Part shown: positions 62,301 to 64,000 of the stretch, in pieces
Position numbering within the stretch: position 1 is the stretch's first letter
Layout: every line of letters begins with the position of its first letter
Origin: Trypanosoma brucei
Taxonomy: Eukaryota
Length of the DNA stretch: 64,000 nt
Direction: 5' to 3'
NCBI GenBank assembly: GCA_000002445.1
Contig: CM000207.1
Location: 512,001 to 576,000 of the forward strand
Position numbers and translations under genes: made by a program
The notes under the pieces: model-generated
Told to the model about the DNA's origin: nothing
Databases searched by the model: none
Seen by the model: only the letters and a program-made list of their open reading frames with translations

Positions 62301-64000
62301 GTATCAGTTGAGAACTAACGTGAACGACTCCACCGGACTCAGTGACTCCGCGCCCCTGCCGTTTATCGTTGTCGTCTCCTCCGCTTTGGTCATTTAGTGA
62401 TGCTACAGATTCCTTGCTGAGAAATCCACTGTCCTGATCATGCGTCACTTCCCGTGACCCTAAGAGGTGGCCAAACTCAACACCGAGAGAGGACGGTAAC
62501 ACAGTCACCTGCGAGGCACACGAGCGGCACTGCACCTCACTATCCTCATGTTGCGGTGGGCCATTATACGTACTGAACCACATGTTCTCCGGAGGCGAAC
62601 CGTCTGCAATCAACCGTTGCAAAAGCGACGACTCCGTGTGCAAACACCGTGGGGTCCACTGTTGTGCCTCACCCACATCCGCGTATTCGTCAACACGCGC
62701 AGTACGTAACTCCATAGAAGCAACACTATCCAACTGATGTGCATAAAGTAGCGTCTCTGAGAGAAACTTTTCCGTGTGCAGCTGCTCCTGATGTTGTTCA
62801 TCGCACTGTGAAGACGATACGATAATTCCAATTGATGTGCCTAACGATCTGCAAACGCGTTTTGCCGCCGGCTTCGGTGCGCGATCACACATGTGACTGA
62901 TGGTTGCACCCTTCCAATCTGTACGGGGTCCCTTCAGCGTGATTTCCTCGTTACTTGAACGAGTCTGCACAGCTGCCCCATACGCCCCAAAATGAACGAG
63001 TAGCGAGGGTACATGACTTTTCCTCCTTTGCTCCTCCTTCCTTCGTTTAACGGCATTCAATGCAGCCCGATTAACTTCCTCAAAAGCCTTTATGTTGCCA
63101 CAAGCGATACCCCTACTTTGTTGCAGCGACACAACTTCCACCGACGAGACGGACAATGGCCACTCTATTACAAACGCGTGCAGAAGACACACGCAACCTC
63201 GTGAGGTGAGAAAATTGTCTGCCACGTTTAGTAACGTGAGTTCAGCCAAAACACCAGTCAGTACGACAGTTCGTACGGAGGCGGTTAACCCTTTCACAGC
63301 GGCGTCAGAAATTCCTGTACCTTCCAGGTGTATTTCCTTCAATCTACGAAACGCTGTTGGAGCAGGGCAATGCCGCCTCTGCGCATTCAACGCTGCGTGA
63401 GCAAATAGTTCACACATTATATTCCCCACACACACCTGCCTGTCAAACATTAGTTTCTCAAGAGCAAATACTGATGCGTCAACCAACTTTTCTGCTTCGT
63501 GATTAAAAGACTGTTGAAAAATGTCGTTGTCAGCAAGAACCTGCTCGTTACCAAACTGAATCTGCCGAATAGCCACTGCTGGTAACTGAGCCGCGTCAAA
63601 TGTGCCCGACAGATCGAGCACACTTAAACGGGGGCAGCAAAAGAGGAGGTTTAGGAAAAGGTTGCGGCAACAAAGAGGTGTGCATAATGTTGATAGCGGT
63701 ACGCCACCAAGATTAACTGTGGTTAGCATGCAAGGGTGCTTAAGCTCCGCGAAATTTGAAAACCTACAGGCACTGCTGGGTAGAAGTGAGCCGGTAGAAG
63801 AGCTGTCACCTACTTTTTTGCTCTCAGTTGAGGGTGGAGTGGTTACCACATCATCGCTGGCATTGGGATCGCCGGCAGCGTCTTGAATGCCGCATCTTTT
63901 ACCTAACTGCTTGGGTTCTGACCGCAAAGACGTAGGGGCAGAGTTTCCCGAAAACAACACGGTGCTCAAACGGTGGGCAGCACTCGCCGCCGCTAGAAGC
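59371..64000 (-). CDS. large Ser-rich protein with N-terminal RNI-like leucine-rich repeats; 5' end runs off the window
   Basis: The ORF-track start is a TTG at 63967-63969. The frame stays open to position 64000, so the true ATG is either upstream of the window or internal. The LRR-like segment is LKEIHLEGTGISDAAVKGL...LTLLNVADNFLTSRGCVCLL. Confidence 0.55.
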   Translation of the reverse strand, partial: LLAAASAAHRLSTVLFSGNSAPTSLRSEPKQLGKRCGIQDAAGDPNASDDVVTTPPSTESKKVGDSSSTGSLLPSSACRFSNFAELKHPCMLTTVNLGGVPLSTLCTPLCCRNLFLNLLFCCPRLSVLDLSGTFDAAQLPAVAIRQIQFGNEQVLADNDIFQQSFNHEAEKLVDASVFALEKLMFDRQVCVGNIMCELFAHAALNAQRRHCPAPTAFRRLKEIHLEGTGISDAAVKGLTASVRTVVLTGVLAELTLLNVADNFLTSRGCVCLLHAFVIEWPLSVSSVEVVSLQQSRGIACGNIKAFEEVNRAALNAVKRRKEEQRRKSHVPSLLVHFGAYGAAVQTRSSNEEITLKGPRTDWKGATISHMCDRAPKPAAKRVCRSLGTSIGIIVSSSQCDEQHQEQLHTEKFLSETLLYAHQLDSVASMELRTARVDEYADVGEAQQWTPRCLHTESSLLQRLIADGSPPENMWFSTYNGPPQHEDSEVQCRSCASQVTVLPSSLGVEFGHLLGSREVTHDQDSGFLSKESVASLNDQSGGDDNDKRQGRGVTESGGVVHVSSQLIPEGGDILPHFHSPTRHAEPPHGTTTTALQAKKKRTIPNRVGRSSSTLQRKLKFRNKRNIIMRYYHRAGDTICRGWTLLRRDDAVGEHARARLEKDLLMCLQPPDGYCDDAVVESVTLLVDTSSSRSPTDDDKTSCDSGYINAEGNTSRLLVVSNESRSTLEKRLRSCVSQVDGGTAFPRFTKVMQVYGVDMVEVARGVLNAAPSHRRAYLGSVTAESFVHTHHGREDQLLEDLNDLLVGAADMPDEEQCAVTSPISSSARGRLKLKTGEAQISGGSVCFSAEEASLSNMEGAVSGERIRKRAKGSKGRDEEGETLHSNHGLSNGQINVKPASTLPKKTVAEGAIPHPIEPVPPSLDMSPRSVSSGLHGVNAEGERSVRSPSSPSGRTKAHLFVLPHREGSILCCGWRLLSRSDKVGEMARRELEADVLSFLQDTLEGKANPNLSNGNEGAGAKLSLRTERSSSAVISVRMVFDSSPPGMQLRVVTSFPHAAVSSGLVDLQQKEGEAAFPRFAGMFSTKATYNTVSSIEKHLQQRDTTGQVRPRVLEKYRTISALVHCFHDDEDGLLMELMLPGLKSLDAFVEAPSTAAKAQERTRKDSGKTTKGTISEDIHPSLPHADKEVESTKKPRRSGEGVDMGAREPAESRRVPRIELMNHALAVGPQKAPVATAQSAANNEASPPSTISSLSSSVNRQFDLVSQLPNEANGAPSVAQDSTEDNDESIATSMESVFAEKLRRLQYLSYNAIAHGALLLDRRQRHKNRICKGKWGRVCVTVAVEWDVFLVVYFVKHSAFRVSSRKSLVLVHPIASGVRCSVEVGGNAANDTHTSGNDVVIHVERHYDPETLGLTTSELEQRLQQLILTTVRKKEGAPSMCSNRNSQMNMAAGENSVISRHSSISAVGSAEHSNGSMFLTLMPTAAQLLNRQVTMRVTLKSAAKARRAVTAIHEAGERAVSMIRDTINEQRRQAAAAAARSLHT

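Overview
This window reads as a kinetoplastid (Trypanosoma-like) polycistronic transcription unit. All 13 to 14 credible genes are intron-less and lie on the minus strand. They are separated by long (1.5 to 3.6 kb) low-complexity intergenic regions with microsatellites and polypurine/polypyrimidine tracts, and there is no strand switch. Some ORF-track starts are GTG/TTG; I re-anchored those to the first ATG.

Housekeeping genes I can recognise by motif:
- SCO1/SenC copper chaperone (3916-5076)
- deoxyhypusine hydroxylase (47859-48812)
- an exportin-7-like importin-beta family receptor (50427-53693)
- a sedlin/TRAPPC2L-like protein (54604-55293)
- a possible KATNIP/DUF4457-like protein with TWGD motif repeats (40786-43914)
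- a J-domain-like (HPD motif) protein (56680-58710)
- a polytopic membrane protein (45908-46759)
- an N-terminal LRR protein running off the window end (59371->64000)

The standout feature is a cluster of three paralogous genes, 6901-37169, all on the minus strand:
- Two tandem, near-identical genes (6901-9183 and 10177-11916) sit inside a 2.73 kb segmental duplication.
- A single uninterrupted 24.6 kb ORF (12525-37169, 8214 aa) follows.
- Each of the three proteins begins with a small N-terminal domain, then coiled coil 1, a ~110 aa globular domain, then coiled coil 2.
- That hairpin aligns convincingly by eye to the microtubule-binding domain and stalk of dynein heavy chains: ELKS..PP..V......LLL.E....W.Q..S.....F...I..FSA.E.S ... 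GP...W..AQL.
- No AAA+ motor is present.
- In the giant gene this domain is followed by 37 tandem, >95% identical 600-bp repeats (200 aa each, made of two ~100-aa F.G..W..VL modules).
- Upstream of the array lie degenerate A/T-rich copies of the same module.
- The small paralog carries a single copy of the same module plus an acidic tail.

I read this as a lineage-specific family of stand-alone dynein-MTBD-like microtubule binders with a massively expanded repeat rod, which could be a cytoskeletal ruler or crosslinker. It should be checked by profile or structure comparison and by long-read validation of the array. I did not recognise any tRNA, rRNA, CRISPR or transposon-like elements.
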